Part shown: piece by piece, positions 22,108 to 33,932 of the stretch
How positions within the stretch are numbered: position 1 is the stretch's first letter
Layout of the letters: each line of letters begins with the position of its first letter
Source: Saprolegnia diclina VS20
Lineage: Eukaryota
Direction: 5' to 3'
Assembly (NCBI RefSeq): GCF_000281045.1
Contig: NW_008246079.1
Location: forward strand, 238,724 to 302,723
DNA: 64,000 nucleotides
Program-made: the position numbers and the translations under genes
The notes under the pieces: generated by a model
Told to the model about the DNA's origin: nothing
The model's input: the letters and a program-made list of their open reading frames with translations, nothing else
Database searches by the model: none

Positions 22108-23633
22108 ATGGGCAAACGTCGCCGCCGTGGACCGGTGACGCCGGTGCGGCCGACGCCAGCTCCGGCGCGTCACAGCAGCGCGTCGTGCGTGCATCAAGTG
22201 CTCTTTGAGGCGACGTTCCTGCACCTGATTGTGCAGTTCCAAGGCGGCGTCTTTTTGCCGCTGGTGCCCCGCTATCGGTGCGACGCTCGTTGTCGTCTCG
22301 GCATTTGGCTCATGCGCGCGCTTGCGTAGGGCCTGGTCGCGCGCCTTTCTTGAGCCAAACGGCATTGACGACCGCGCGCAGCGATCGTTGCGGCTGCGAT
22401 CGCGCGGCGACGCTCGCTACGTGTTGCACGCGGCGGTTGTCGAAAACGAGCTCGCGCTCGTCGGGCTTCTCCACCGGTGCCGGCCAACGCTCTTTACGCA
22501 CGATGCGGCCGACTTGGCCGCGGCGCACGGCCACTTGCGCGTCTTGCAGCTTCTGTTCGAGCTCCATATCGTCGGCTCGTTCGATGCGCTGGACCTCGCC
22601 GCCTCGAACGGGTGCTTTGCCATTGTGAAATGGCTCGTACAAGCCAAAGCAGCGGCAACGTCGGCCGCCATCGATGGCGCCGCAACCCACGGGCACTTGG
22701 ATATCGTCAAGTACCTTGATCGGCACGGAGGCTTTGGTAACGTCCTGCACGTTTTTGTCGATTGCCGACGACTTACCGTGTAGCGGCTACGACGGCCGCG
22801 ATGGACGGTGCAGTCGCCAACCACCACGGATCGGTTGCGAAGTACCTCCACGACCGGCGCAGCGAAGGCTGTACAACAGCGGCCATGGACGCAGCAGCCC
22901 TCCACGGGGATCTGGCCATGGTACCTCCATGCAATACGGCGTGCACAGGTCGTCACGTGGCATGTTGTAGGTGGCATTTCTGCACGAACACCGAAGCGAA
23001 GGCTGTACGACACAGGCGATGGACCAAGCAGCCGGACACGGCTTCCTTCCCGTCGTAGCCTACTTGCACGAACACCGACTCGAAGGGTGCACGGCGAGCG
23101 CAATGGACGAAGCTGCCGCCGCCGGCCACTTGGCCGTTGTCCAGTACCTGCATACGCACCGCGAGGTTCATTCACGTTAATGCGACGACATATCTTGATA
23201 GATGCTTGCATAGGAAGGGTGTACGAGTCATGGGCTGGACTATGCCGCCAAGAACGGTCACCTCAAGGTCGTACAGTACCTGCATTCACACGCGCTTGCT
23301 ACGTGCTCGCCGCTCGCCATCGAGTTTGTTGCTGCGGCTGGCGGCCTTGAGATGCTAACGTATTTGCACAAGAGCTGCAAGGCTTCGGCCTCACCTGTCG
23401 CCCTCGAGCTCGCCGCGCGGCACGGGCACGTCAACCTCGTCAAGTATCTGCACGAGCAAGGACTGGTCGCGGGAACGCCGCGGGCGATGGAGCTCGCGAT
23501 TCAGTTTGGTCATCTTGGCGTCGTCAAGTACCTGCACCAGCAGCGCCTGGTCAAGATGTCGAAAGCGTTGATGCAAGTCGCGCTCGCGTATCAACAACAA
23601 AAGATCCTCCAGTACCTCCGCCGCAAGTACTAG
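22108..23633 (+). CDS. Ankyrin repeat protein (oomycete-type EGCTxxAMDxAAxxGHL repeats), multi-exon
   Basis: Repeats such as SEGCTTAAMDAAALHGDL and EGCTTQAMDQAAGHGFLPVVAYLH across several short exons. ATG at 22108, TAG at 23631-23633. Confidence 0.88.
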
Positions 23634-24182
23634 TAGATCGACACGTTTTGTGCTTCAACCAACAAGTATATACTAGTCGAACTGCGAGTAGTCAACGAGC
23701 AATAAGTTCTTGGCCATAATTGCTCTCGAGGCTGTGCTTCTAGCGCACAGTCCAATTTTGCCGAGATCGCCACGACTCGTCGAGATATACCATGGACATA
23801 TCGTATCCCGAGAACAAAGTAAAGTTACTTTGTTCACAAAAGTTTCGATTTCGGATCGCCAAGCCTTACGCTGGCCGTTGCGGTGCATGGCCAAAGTGTA
23901 GCAAATGGTGGAAAATGCTGGGATTATGTTCAACGGCCCACGACAAGTCGCTCGTGATGTACAGATGTTCAATGTGCTGATTTGCGGTATTCCAGGGCGC
24001 TGGTTGATTTTTTAATGAATTGATTTGAATAAAATGGCAATTTCGAAACCACGCTCGATGGCATTATGAGTTGCTGACGCCAACGTCAAACCACTAGCAT
24101 GTACCCTTTGTCGAACGACGCCAATAAGTCTCGAAACGATTATTGAAGTAGTATTAAATGTATTGACGGCAAAAATCTTGAC

Positions 24183-24848
24183 CTATGCGGATGTGGTCTC
24201 GGTCGCGAGGCTCACCCAGCCAAGGATCGTCTCGTTCGAATGAAAGTTTTGGATCGTATAGTGCGAGTGCCCGTCCGTCACGACGCGGAGCCGGCGCGAG
24301 TATGCCTCGGTCCAGATCGTATCGTCCATGTTTTGCTCAATGATGTCCACGTGGCTGTCCGTGACGCCGACGATGACGGCGACGTGGCCCGTGTATGTGT
24401 TGATGCCGCCGTGGTTCCATATGAGGAGGCTGCCTTTCGTCGGCCGCGTCAGACTGCCGTTGCGATGGCGCGTCACAGGCGTCAAGAAGCGGGTCGCTAC
24501 GTTGGCGAAGCGCGTCGTTGGCTCGAAAATCTCGTACGCAAAGCCAATCGACTCGAATGTGACACCGAACTGCACGAGGAGGTACCGGCGCGCGAGCTCT
24601 ACGCATTGCCAGCGCACGCCTGTAAAGTGGCCGTTGTGGAAGTGGGACTTGAAGTTGCCGCGGTTCCCGCCACGGCTCGAGTACACCTCGACTCCGTCGC
24701 GCGTGCCGAGGAGCGTGCCGAACGGCGAGGCGCGGCGGCGCGCAGCAAAGCTGGCGTCGTCGAGGCAGATCTCGGGGGACGCTGTCGTGGCGTGCTTGAG
24801 CGCGCTCGTCGGGCTCAGCGGCGCCGAGTGTGTGGCTGTGTGGGTCAT
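24183..24848 (-). CDS. CHAP-domain cysteine amidase, glutathionylspermidine-amidase-like, stand-alone
   Basis: GVRWQCVELARRYL (catalytic Cys) and GSLLIWNHGG...TGHVAVI...IIEQN (His, Glu) match the amidase domain of bacterial GspS. ATG at 24848 is supported by an upstream INR. Confidence 0.9.
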   Translation of the reverse strand: MTHTATHSAPLSPTSALKHATTASPEICLDDASFAARRRASPFGTLLGTRDGVEVYSSRGGNRGNFKSHFHNGHFTGVRWQCVELARRYLLVQFGVTFESIGFAYEIFEPTTRFANVATRFLTPVTRHRNGSLTRPTKGSLLIWNHGGINTYTGHVAVIVGVTDSHVDIIEQNMDDTIWTEAYSRRLRVVTDGHSHYTIQNFHSNETILGWVSLATETTSA

Positions 24849-24851
24849 GGG

Positions 24852-24867
24852 CACTTGGGAAATGAGC
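24852..24867 (-). promoter_or_regulatory. INR/FPR-like core promoter of the CHAP gene
   Basis: Minus strand GCTCATTTCCCAAGTG lies immediately upstream of the ATG; CCAAT boxes at about 24983, 25030 and 25045. Confidence 0.55.
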
Positions 24868-26276
24868 TTGGGCGAGAATAAGATGGCGTCCTCGTCCGGC
24901 GGTGCCGGCGTGATGTCAGTCGAATTCCGCTTGTTCGTTGGCAGAAGATTCGACGAGGATCGAGGCCATTGGGTAGAATGCGCCAATCATCACACTGTAT
25001 CGTTGGGAATCATTGGTACTGACACAGGATTGGCTATATTCTAGCCAATCCGGTGCGAGCATTAGAAAGTGCAATTACATGTGGGCCCCGTCACGTCGCT
25101 CTGACCCGACGGCAGACCCGACGACCGCTCCATGGGCTTAAAGAACCGCGTGATCGCTTCGGACAAGTAGGAAGTACCTACTAGAGACGGTGCGTGCGAG
25201 GATGCTGGCGCTACCCGTCTCCGGAGTCGAGAGATCTCGCACCGTTCTACACCAGCGCGAACGAGGTGTTTTGGGTGCTGGCAAGGCCACAAGTGTATTG
25301 GCTTCTTGAGTAGGAGGTCAAGAAGTGTCGAGGTCGCTGGCTCGCTCACAAGGCCGTTGCCCACCCGGCGTGCATACGTCGAAGCGCGTTCGTCTCGGAG
25401 AACCGCAGGATCCAAACCCCGAACCGCAGATCCCGTCACGCACTGGCATCTGTCCTGCGGTGCTGTCAGATTTGGCCAAGAGAAGAGCTGATTCGACTCA
25501 TTTGAGATGCTCATCACTGAAAGACTGCAAATGCCCCTCGTCAAGTTATGGTTTTTCGATCCGGAATAAGCTTGCCAGCATTCCCACGCACAAAGATGAT
25601 TGTTGAATCGTACAAACTGCGCCCCAAAACGCGCTCCCAACGACGCTGCTGCGAGATCACACGTCGCAGCCTTTGCACACTCCGACTACGCATCGACTAG
25701 CATCCGCCTGGTAGTATGAGTAGCACTCGGTCTCGTCGATTTGTGCCCTTTGCGACGTCGGTCGTGTCCAACGCTGTGCCCGTCCGCGTTGCACTCTGGA
25801 CCGCCCTACACTGTACCGACGGGATCATTGCCTATCGATTCGTGATATTTGTCGCCAAGTCAAAAATTCGTGTATCGCCGGAAAATAAGCCGAATTTGCG
25901 AATTTGCTCAGGCGGCACGCATGTGGTTTGGTGGATTCTTGACCATTTCTACACGTCGTCTACGCCCGAATCAGGACGCCATCTTAGCATCGACGCGCGA
26001 GTTGGTCGTCACGCGCTCTCGGATAATCACTAGGCGAATGGCATATATTTGTCATGTCGTCGACGACTCTAGTCGTCCCTCCACGACCTCCACGGCCTCG
26101 GTGGCGGCCGCGCGATTGACTGCGCGGGTCGTTTGCCTGTTGGGGCGGAATGGCACTGTCGCAATTTTATTTTATTCCAATATAAATGCCAAGGTATAAA
26201 AAAGACAGGCGACCACCAGCTGGCATGTTACCAGCGAGTTGGCAGTGGCAATGTCAAATTTTGATTTCGACCAAGC

Positions 26277-29200
26277 ATGGCACGCCAGCAGCGGTCGGCG
26301 TCGGCGTCCGACGCAGTCCTCGAGAAGGAGCAGCAGATGCACGTGCGCCAGCTCCTCGGGTCCGACTCGGCGGCGATGGCCTCGAGCGCGCTCCGGCGCA
26401 TCGCGGCCCTTGATCACGTTGTGCTCTTTAAGCTCGTGCAGTTTGTGCTCTTCCTCGATTTCTTCATCAACCTCGTCGCGACCACGATGACGTCGCAGTA
26501 CACGTTCTTTGAAGTCGCCAAGCACACGCGGCTCCTCTCGACGGCTGCCGTCGGCCTCTGCGCGCTCGAGCTCCTCCTGCGCATCGCGTGTCTCGGCCGC
26601 CATTTCTGGTCGTCGGTCGTCTCGTGCCTCGACTTGGCGGCGTACGCGCTCATGGCCGCGCTGCTTGGCTGCCGGTACGTCTGTCTCGTATGACGTTGTC
26701 GATGAAGCGACGTGGATGTCTAGCTACTGGAAGAAGGACAACCGCGACAACTGGCTCATTGATTTGAACGGGAAGGAGCAGGACGAGTACCATGACAAGT
26801 TCAAGATCAACCAGATCGAACAGTACTTTGCGGCCGCGTACGTCTTTGCGGTCGCGCTGCGCTTCGTGCTCAAGTCGCAGGCCCGCGACTACTCGCTCTC
26901 GCTGCAGACGCCGGCGCAAGCAACGACAATCTCGGTCGCGTCGCTCAAATCGACGCTGCGCTCGATGCCGGGCATGACTCAAGTGCGTCATCCAGTCTCT
27001 CTCCATATTCCTGCGCTCATAACAATGGCGTAGGAAGCGCTCTCGTTGATGACGACGGACCTCGCGATCCTCTGCGGCGACGACGACGGGCTGCTCACGA
27101 CCACGGAATTGCAGCTCTTCCTCGAAAAAGCCGTGCTGCACCGCCCGGCCGACATGTCGATCAACGTGTTTCTTCAGCACCTCCAGAGCCTCGACACGAC
27201 GCCGGTCGTCGCCTATGGCATCCAAGACGTCCTCGGCTCGACGTACCGCCACTGGTCCAACCAGAAGGCGCTCATGTTTGCGACGTTCCTCATCGTCTTC
27301 TTCCACGCGACGCTCGTGCCCATCCTCGCCTACCTGCTCCAGATCCTCGGCGATTACGCCTTTCCTGTGTCGTCGCTCACCATGTACAAGACGGGCGAAG
27401 GCATCAAGCCGTATCTCGAGCACGAGCTGCGCTTCAACAACAAGACGCTTGACGACACTGGCACGTACATTGATGTCCCCGGTGTCAAGCCCAACAAGAC
27501 ACTCACGATCGGCCTCGCGGGTCTCGGCGGGCTCTGCGTGCCCTTTGTCGTGCTTGATGCGTTCATGGGCTTTTGCCAGTCTCGGCTGCTGTCCCGCGCC
27601 ACCGAGTCGATCCAGAACCGGTTGGTGTCGCTCTTGCTGCACGAGTCGACGGCCTTTTACGCCATGCGCTCCGAAGGCGACCTCAACAACCTCTTTGCGT
27701 CTGACGTCGCACGCGTCAACACGCTCTGGCAAGCCGTGTTTTGGGTACGTGTGGTGCTCATCCAAGTTTTTTGTGTATTTTCCCGCGATTTCAGAGAATT
27801 ATTCTCTAGTTTTCAGAGACATATTGCTGATATTTGCAGCGAATGTCAGTGGCTCACTTGTGTGTGGTGTAGAATTTCATCTACCCCGTCGTGTCGATCA
27901 CGCTCGGCTTTGGCGCGCTCTTCTTCTTTGAGCCGACGATCGCAATCATGAGCTTTGGCTTTGTCATCATCTCGGTCATGTCCGGCCCGCGGACCTTTGC
28001 GTCGACCCAGTCCCAAGCCTTTGGCTCCAAGTCGGCGTTCGCGGCCGCCGAGTTCCAGAACGCGGTCGGGTGCCATAAGGTCGTCCGCGCGTACCGCATC
28101 CAGACGCCGCTGCTGCGCAAGTTTACCGACACGATCGACACGCTGCGTGAAGCGCAATTCCGCAACGACTTCTGGAGCGGGCTCGTCCAGATCTACGTCG
28201 AGTCGGCCATGTTCCTCTTTGTTGCGATCATCACGTGCGGCATGGCGGTCAAGGTACCGCGTGGGAAGCGTGTACGGGCGGTGCTGATACGTAGGGGTAG
28301 GTGTGGCAAGGCTACATGACAGCCGGTGACTTTTTCTCGGTGGTGACGCTTCTCAGCCGCGTCTCGACGCCCGTGACGGTCCTCGGTGGCTTTATGCGTG
28401 TTGCGATTGGCAATGCCGCCAGTCTCCAGCGCCTCGACACCATTTTGTACCAGGTAGATCCCGCCTCAAGCGATGGCCAACGACGTGACTTGTGTAGCGC
28501 TACGCGTCGGCGCCGACGACGGACGACCTTCCGTCGCTGCCGCTGCTCACATCGTACATTCGCTTTCAGCACGTGTCGTTCCAGTACCCGAGCTCGGACG
28601 CGCCGATCGTGCATGACTTCAGCGCTTCGATTCCGCTGGTGCGCATTTTTTTTTTTGATTTTTTACGAAATTTGGGCGTAGGGGCACTATGTGTGCGTGG
28701 TCGGACCCAGTGGCTGCGGCAAGAGCTCGCTCCTCAATGCGCTCTTGCAAGTCTACCCGCTGAGCGCAGGCTCGATTCTCTGGGACGCGTCGCCCATCGC
28801 CAACTACTCGCAGGCCAGCCTCTTGAGCCAAGTGGCGGTCGTCTTCCAAGACGGCGGGATCCTCAACGGCACGATCCTCGACAACATTCGGTGAGTCGTG
28901 ACGACAGCTCAGTAGACAATATTGATTTGTCTATCTATAGCTACGGCCGGCCCACCGCTACGCTCGAAGACTGCATCGAGGCGGCCCGGCTCGCCAACTG
29001 TCATGCGTTCGTGTCGCAGCTGGCGATGCAGTACGAGACCGTGGTCGGCCAGCACGCCGACGTCTCGCTCAGTGGCGGTCAAATGCAGCGCATCTGCCTC
29101 GCGCGCGCCCTCGTGCGCAAGCCCAAGCTCTTGATTCTCGACGAAGCGACGTCGGCGCTCGACACGGAGACGGAGGCGCAGGTGGTGGCGACGCTCAAGA

Positions 29201-29696
29201 AGCTCACGACGTCGTGGGGCATGTCGATTCTTTCGGTACGGCTTTCGCTGTTTGTGAAATTTGAGAATCCAAACTCGAATTGTGTAGGTGACGCACCGCC
29301 TCGCGACGACGCAATCGGCCGACAACATTCTCGTGCTCCAGAACGGCACGCTGGCCGAAGAGGGCTCGTATGCGGCGCTCATGGCCAACCCGTTTGGCGT
29401 TTTCCGGGAGATGGTGCAGAAGAAGGCGTCGGACGGCAGCCCGCGCCCGTCGGCTGCGCCCAAGTCGGACGAAGAAGCCATGTACCTCTCGGAAGAAGCT
29501 CTCGGCGCCTTTACGCGCGGCCTCGAATCGCGCGTGGTACATTTTCTCTTTTTTTATGGACAAGTTGTCTTATGAAATGGACTAGAGTTCGCGCCGCAGC
29601 TCGCGCGCCGAGAGCCAAGACAGCCGCTCCAAGAACCCGTCGTTTTTGAACGTGACGACCGAGGAAGGCGCGCGGGATAGCTACATTGTCATGTAG
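26277..29696 (+). CDS. ABC half-transporter (ABCB-like TMD-NBD) with an N-terminal voltage-sensor-like domain and EF-hand-like loop, multi-exon
   Basis: Walker A GPSGCGKS (about 28703), Q-loop VVFQD, signature LSGGQ, Walker B LILDEATSALD, H-loop VTHRL. TMD at about 27260-28440. The 5' exons splice in frame (e.g. intron 26675-26723). Ends ...RDSYIVM* (TAG 29694-29696). Confidence 0.88.
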
Positions 29697-30162
29697 TCAT
29701 ACCCTTGTGCATATCTATAATCAACAAACCGGGACGCTGCGACACTTTTGGTTGGGATTGTCCTATGAGGATATGCTCGCATCGACGCGGCTTCCATCGC
29801 ATGGAGCGTCCGTCGTAACGTGTGTAGTGTGTCGTTGTACTTTGCGCCTCTGAAGAGCCTCAGACGCCTCCAGGACAGCGCACTCCTTTGTGAAGACCGT
29901 CTTACCCTAACCCTTGTTCACCCCGAACCCTTGGGCGGCCTCGATAACATCTACTGCACTCCCCGTTCAGGGTGTCGAGCAAGTCCGCAACACTGCCACT
30001 AGGACAATGTGATGGATCACGTCTGTCAGTGGAGCGACAAATCCCCGTGCAGACATTGCAGTCCACTCGGGCACTATGCGCGTTAAACGTACCTTTAACG
30101 TGTATAAAACCCATTTGAACGGTGGCGCCTTTTTGCCGCTAGTGGTTTCAGAAGAAAGGGCA

Positions 30163-31113
30163 ATGAGCCTCCACGAAGCGCGTTTGCACGCGACTGAGAA
30201 CGTGGCAACCAGCGACGTGCAAGTCGACGTGATGGCCGCCAACGCCAACAACCCACGCGCGCTGGGCTCGACCAAGCTGCTCGGCCACGACGTGAGCTCG
30301 GGTAGGCGATTCAGCGCCAGGAGACGGCATGACGGCTTCTGTAGCAAAGCTACCGAGCGTGCACTCGGGCATCACGCGCATGCAGAGTCTCTTTCGCGAT
30401 CGGCAAACGCAACTCGTGTCCAAGCACAAGGTCGAGAACGAGGAAGCCCAGCGGCAGCGCCTCCAGGCGATTTGGCAGCTCTTGGTCACAGGATTTGAAG
30501 TACGTACAACTCACCTCTGCGGGGACTCTGACGCCACGTGTGTAGCTGACCAAGTACCCGAAGGCGGGTCGCGCGCGAAAGCGCGTGTTCTGGCTCACGC
30601 TCGACGGCAAGCTGTGCGTCGGTCGCAGCAAGGCTGCAAAGCACGCCGGCAAGTATATGAACCTCTGGTACGTGGTCGCATCCAAGGACATGAAATCGAG
30701 GCGCGTGTAGGGACGTGGAGTCGATCGAGAAAGGATGCAGCGCGCCACAGTTTACAAACTCGTTGAGCTGGCGCGACGCCCGCGGAAAGGAGCCAATGTG
30801 TTTTTCGATCGCAGCGCGCGCCAAGCACTCGATGGAGCTGCGCTACTTTGCGCTCCAAGTCAACTCGACCAACGTGCGCAACATCCTCGTCGAGAACCTC
30901 AGTGTGCTCTTGAGCCAGCTCCACGGTGACGGCGACGGCGACTACCCGCGTGTGGTGCGAAGCCGCCTCGCGCGCCACTTTGCCGCGACCGGCGACGTCC
31001 TCGCGCTCGTTGACGTTCGCGCGCTACTGGATCGGGAAGGCTCGGAGCGCGCAGAGAGCCCCGTCAAGGAAGGCGACCACGACAGCGGCGAATCCGACTC
31101 GGGGGACGAGTGA
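30163..31113 (+). CDS. PH-like domain protein, paralogue 1 (4 exons)
   Basis: Spliced product GFE|LTKYPKAGRARKRVFWLTLDGKLCVG...W|DVESIEKGC...CFSI...FALQVNSTNVRNILVENL resembles PLC/Mcp5-type PH domains. Confidence 0.75.
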
Positions 31114-31599
31114 ACGAGACAGCGGCCGACGATACGCCTCCTAGGATGGACAACTTGTACACGAAAGCAAGCATGAAGATGACAACAATTCAATGGAACG
31201 AGAGGTGTGATGTAAGGGAGGCCCAAGAGCGTGGGCGTGGCGATGCCTCGGTGCTCTCAACCCTAAACCGCGCGACAACGGCGTCAAAGTTGCATTGTCG
31301 AAGGTGACGAGTAGGCTAGCTAGAGCAGCCATGCGACTCGTACAAAGTGTCTACTTGTATGGCGAGACGGAAGGTTACTGCAGCTCCAAAATGACGCTGA
31401 GAGAAAGCCACAAGAAGTCGTCTCAACCGAGGCTTTGGCAGCGCAGGAATCAAGCTGCTTGCGGCTCTGAGAAGCTCCCATGCAAGGAATATTTTTCCTT
31501 GCATATGGCACGTGAGAGGGATATTGCCGCTGCAGGCGTATCGTCCTTGTTGGGCTCATCGATCGAGTCGTAATGGTACAGTCTACTTAGTAGTTAATC

Positions 31600-32275
31600 T
31601 CAGACGCGCTCCGACGCTTTGTGTTCGTGGTCGTCTGCGCATTTCGGCCGCACTGGCTGGCGCAAGACAAAGAGTGTGAATGGATTCGTGGGGCTGCAGA
31701 ACGCCAGCTTCGTGGTCGGCGGCGCACGCTGAAAGGCCTCGGCACCTACGTCATGTCAAGTGCGTCATGTCAAGATTCATCTCTCGCTCGAGCCTCGGAC
31801 CTGGTACTTGGACGATCGACGGGGTCTCAAGCGCCATGACGCTAGCGTGCAGTGCCCGCGAGTTGGCAAACGCGGCAGAGTAAAATGACTCGAATTCGTC
31901 AAAGCCGACGCTGCAGAACGTCCACTTGAAGCGACCGTGCCCGACGAGGCCGCCGCCTGGGACCGGCGCCACGACACCTTCGTATACAGGTCGCCCAAGG
32001 AGCGGCGTGCGAAACTGGTGATTCGCAAAGATCGCATACAGCGGCAGCGAGAAGCTGCGAAAGTGGCGGTTCGACGCATCGAGCTCGACGTAGACAAGCC
32101 GGTACGCTGAGAGGAAGAGCCGCCCGCGGCTGCCGACGTAGACGCCGCCTTCGCCGGGGTACCCGCTGCCGCTCGTGATGGCAAATGCGACGTCGCTGAG
32201 CACAAAGTCAAAGCGCTCAAAGGGCGAGACCAGCATCGGCGTCATGTCGGCGAGCAAGATTGGATCCGCCGACAT
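31600..32275 (-). CDS. WBP2-like GRAM/PH-fold protein (2 exons)
   Basis: GRLFLSAYRLVYV...FRSFSLPL...PLLGRPVYEGVV.PVPGGGL...FKWTF. An intron at about 31747-31800 gives a last exon with AFCSPTNPFTLFV ending in TGA at 31600-31602. Confidence 0.75.
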
Positions 32276-32633
32276 GGTTGCTGCGGAATGGCAAAGTGCA
32301 TGCCATTGGATAAAAAGTTGGCTTTTTCGCTGTTGTGATTGGCGGAACATTCTCGCTGACTCGAAACTCGTCGACCGTACTCCAGTACTCCGCTACAGAT
32401 GAATCAAGAGGGCGGCGCTGCTATCCTTGTGGACAAAGTCAAGCAGTGCAAAGAAGACCTGGCTTTCCGCACGGGCTATCTGCAGGAGGCATCGGTGCGC
32501 ACTGCGAATGGCCCCGATTGGACAAAATGCAATACGATGATAGGATCGGATTGGCCAGACGCGATATTTTACGCGGTTTTGATTGGGCAATGGGACGGCC
32601 GCAATATCTTGCAGCGAAAAACCGACGAGCGCA

Positions 32634-33616
32634 ATGCTGGCAACCGACGTGGCGACCACCGACGCAGCCCCGCCATCGCCGCCGCGGCAGCGCCGCATGA
32701 GCATGGGCGTTAACCTCCATGGTCCATCGCAGCCCATGACCCGCGTCTTGAGCATGAGTACGTGGAGGCGTGCAAGCAGGCCTCATGACACTGCGTGGTA
32801 GTGACAATGCGGTCGGTGGCCGTGCTGCATGGCCTTCAAGGCGTCTTTGGCACCAAGTCGACAGAAGCGTCGTCGCAGGCAGTGGTCCCCAAGGAGACAA
32901 CAAGTGGTCGTCCGTCCAAAGTCGAGCACGATCTTCACCTGCGCCGCATGCAGGCAATTTGGCAGCTCTTCGTGCAAGGGTTCGAGGTGCCTCTGTTTTG
33001 ATATACTGGCACTACGATGCTGCCTCTTCTAGCTCATCAAGTACCCCAACAAAGGGCGCCCGCGGAAGCGCATTATCTGGCTCACACTGGACGGCAAGCT
33101 CTGCGTCGGCAAGGCCAAGTGCGAGAAGGACGCCAAGAAGTTTGTCTTTCTCTGGTACAACATTGCTCCGTCCGCTCTGTCTACGACTTACGCTGCGGCA
33201 GGGACATTGAGCACTTCAGTAAGGGCTGCAACGCGCCGCAGTTTGCAGAGTCGGGCTCGTGGCGCGAGTCAAAGGGCCGCGAAATGCTCTGCTTTTCCAT
33301 CGACGCGCGTCCGCACGGCGGTAAAGTCCACAGCTTTGCGCTGCAAGTCGCGTCCAACACGGTGCGCAACCTCCTCTGCGAGAACGGCAGCCAGCTCGTC
33401 CAAGCGCTCCGCGGCGACGCCGACGGCGAGTACCCGAAAGCCGCGCGCATCAAGATCGCAAAGCACTATGCGTGCACGGGCGAGGTCCTCGCGCTCTCAG
33501 AAATCCGCCTCGTCATGATGCGCGAAGGCTCCGAGCTGGGCACGCTCCTCGACGAGAAAGACGTCGAGATCGTGAACGACGACAACGCGGATGACTCGCC
33601 GTCCGACGACGAGTAG
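32634..33616 (+). CDS. PH-like domain protein, paralogue 2 (4 exons)
   Basis: QAIWQLFVQGFE|LIKYPNKGRPRKRIIWLTLDGKLCVG...W|DIEHFSKGC...CFSIDA...FALQVASNTVRNLL. Intron positions in the domain match paralogue 1. Confidence 0.78.
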
Positions 33617-33932
33617 CAGGAGACAGTTAGCTCGCTTATTGGATTCGATAAACGACTTCGACGATGGCCAGAACACGGCAGCGCTGGCTTCGTTGGTGCT
33701 GTCTACCTCGAGCAGAGACCAACTTTGCTGGGCTTGGAGTGGCCTTTATATCCGTGGATACTTCCTCACATGGAGCCATCTTGAGATAACAGTTGCCGCA
33801 TATAGCGCCAGCGCTACCACCCGAGCAATATACAGTCTAGATGCTCTCGAGCTGGGCAAGGCAGCAGTTCTAGCATGGGAAGAGGAAGGATGATGACGCA
33901 TCGAGCCGAGTTCATCATCGGCGGATCGCGAA

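Noticed and set aside
25062..26200. ORFs of 90-190 aa between the CHAP and ABC genes
   Set aside because: No family similarity or coding-like composition; treated as intergenic.
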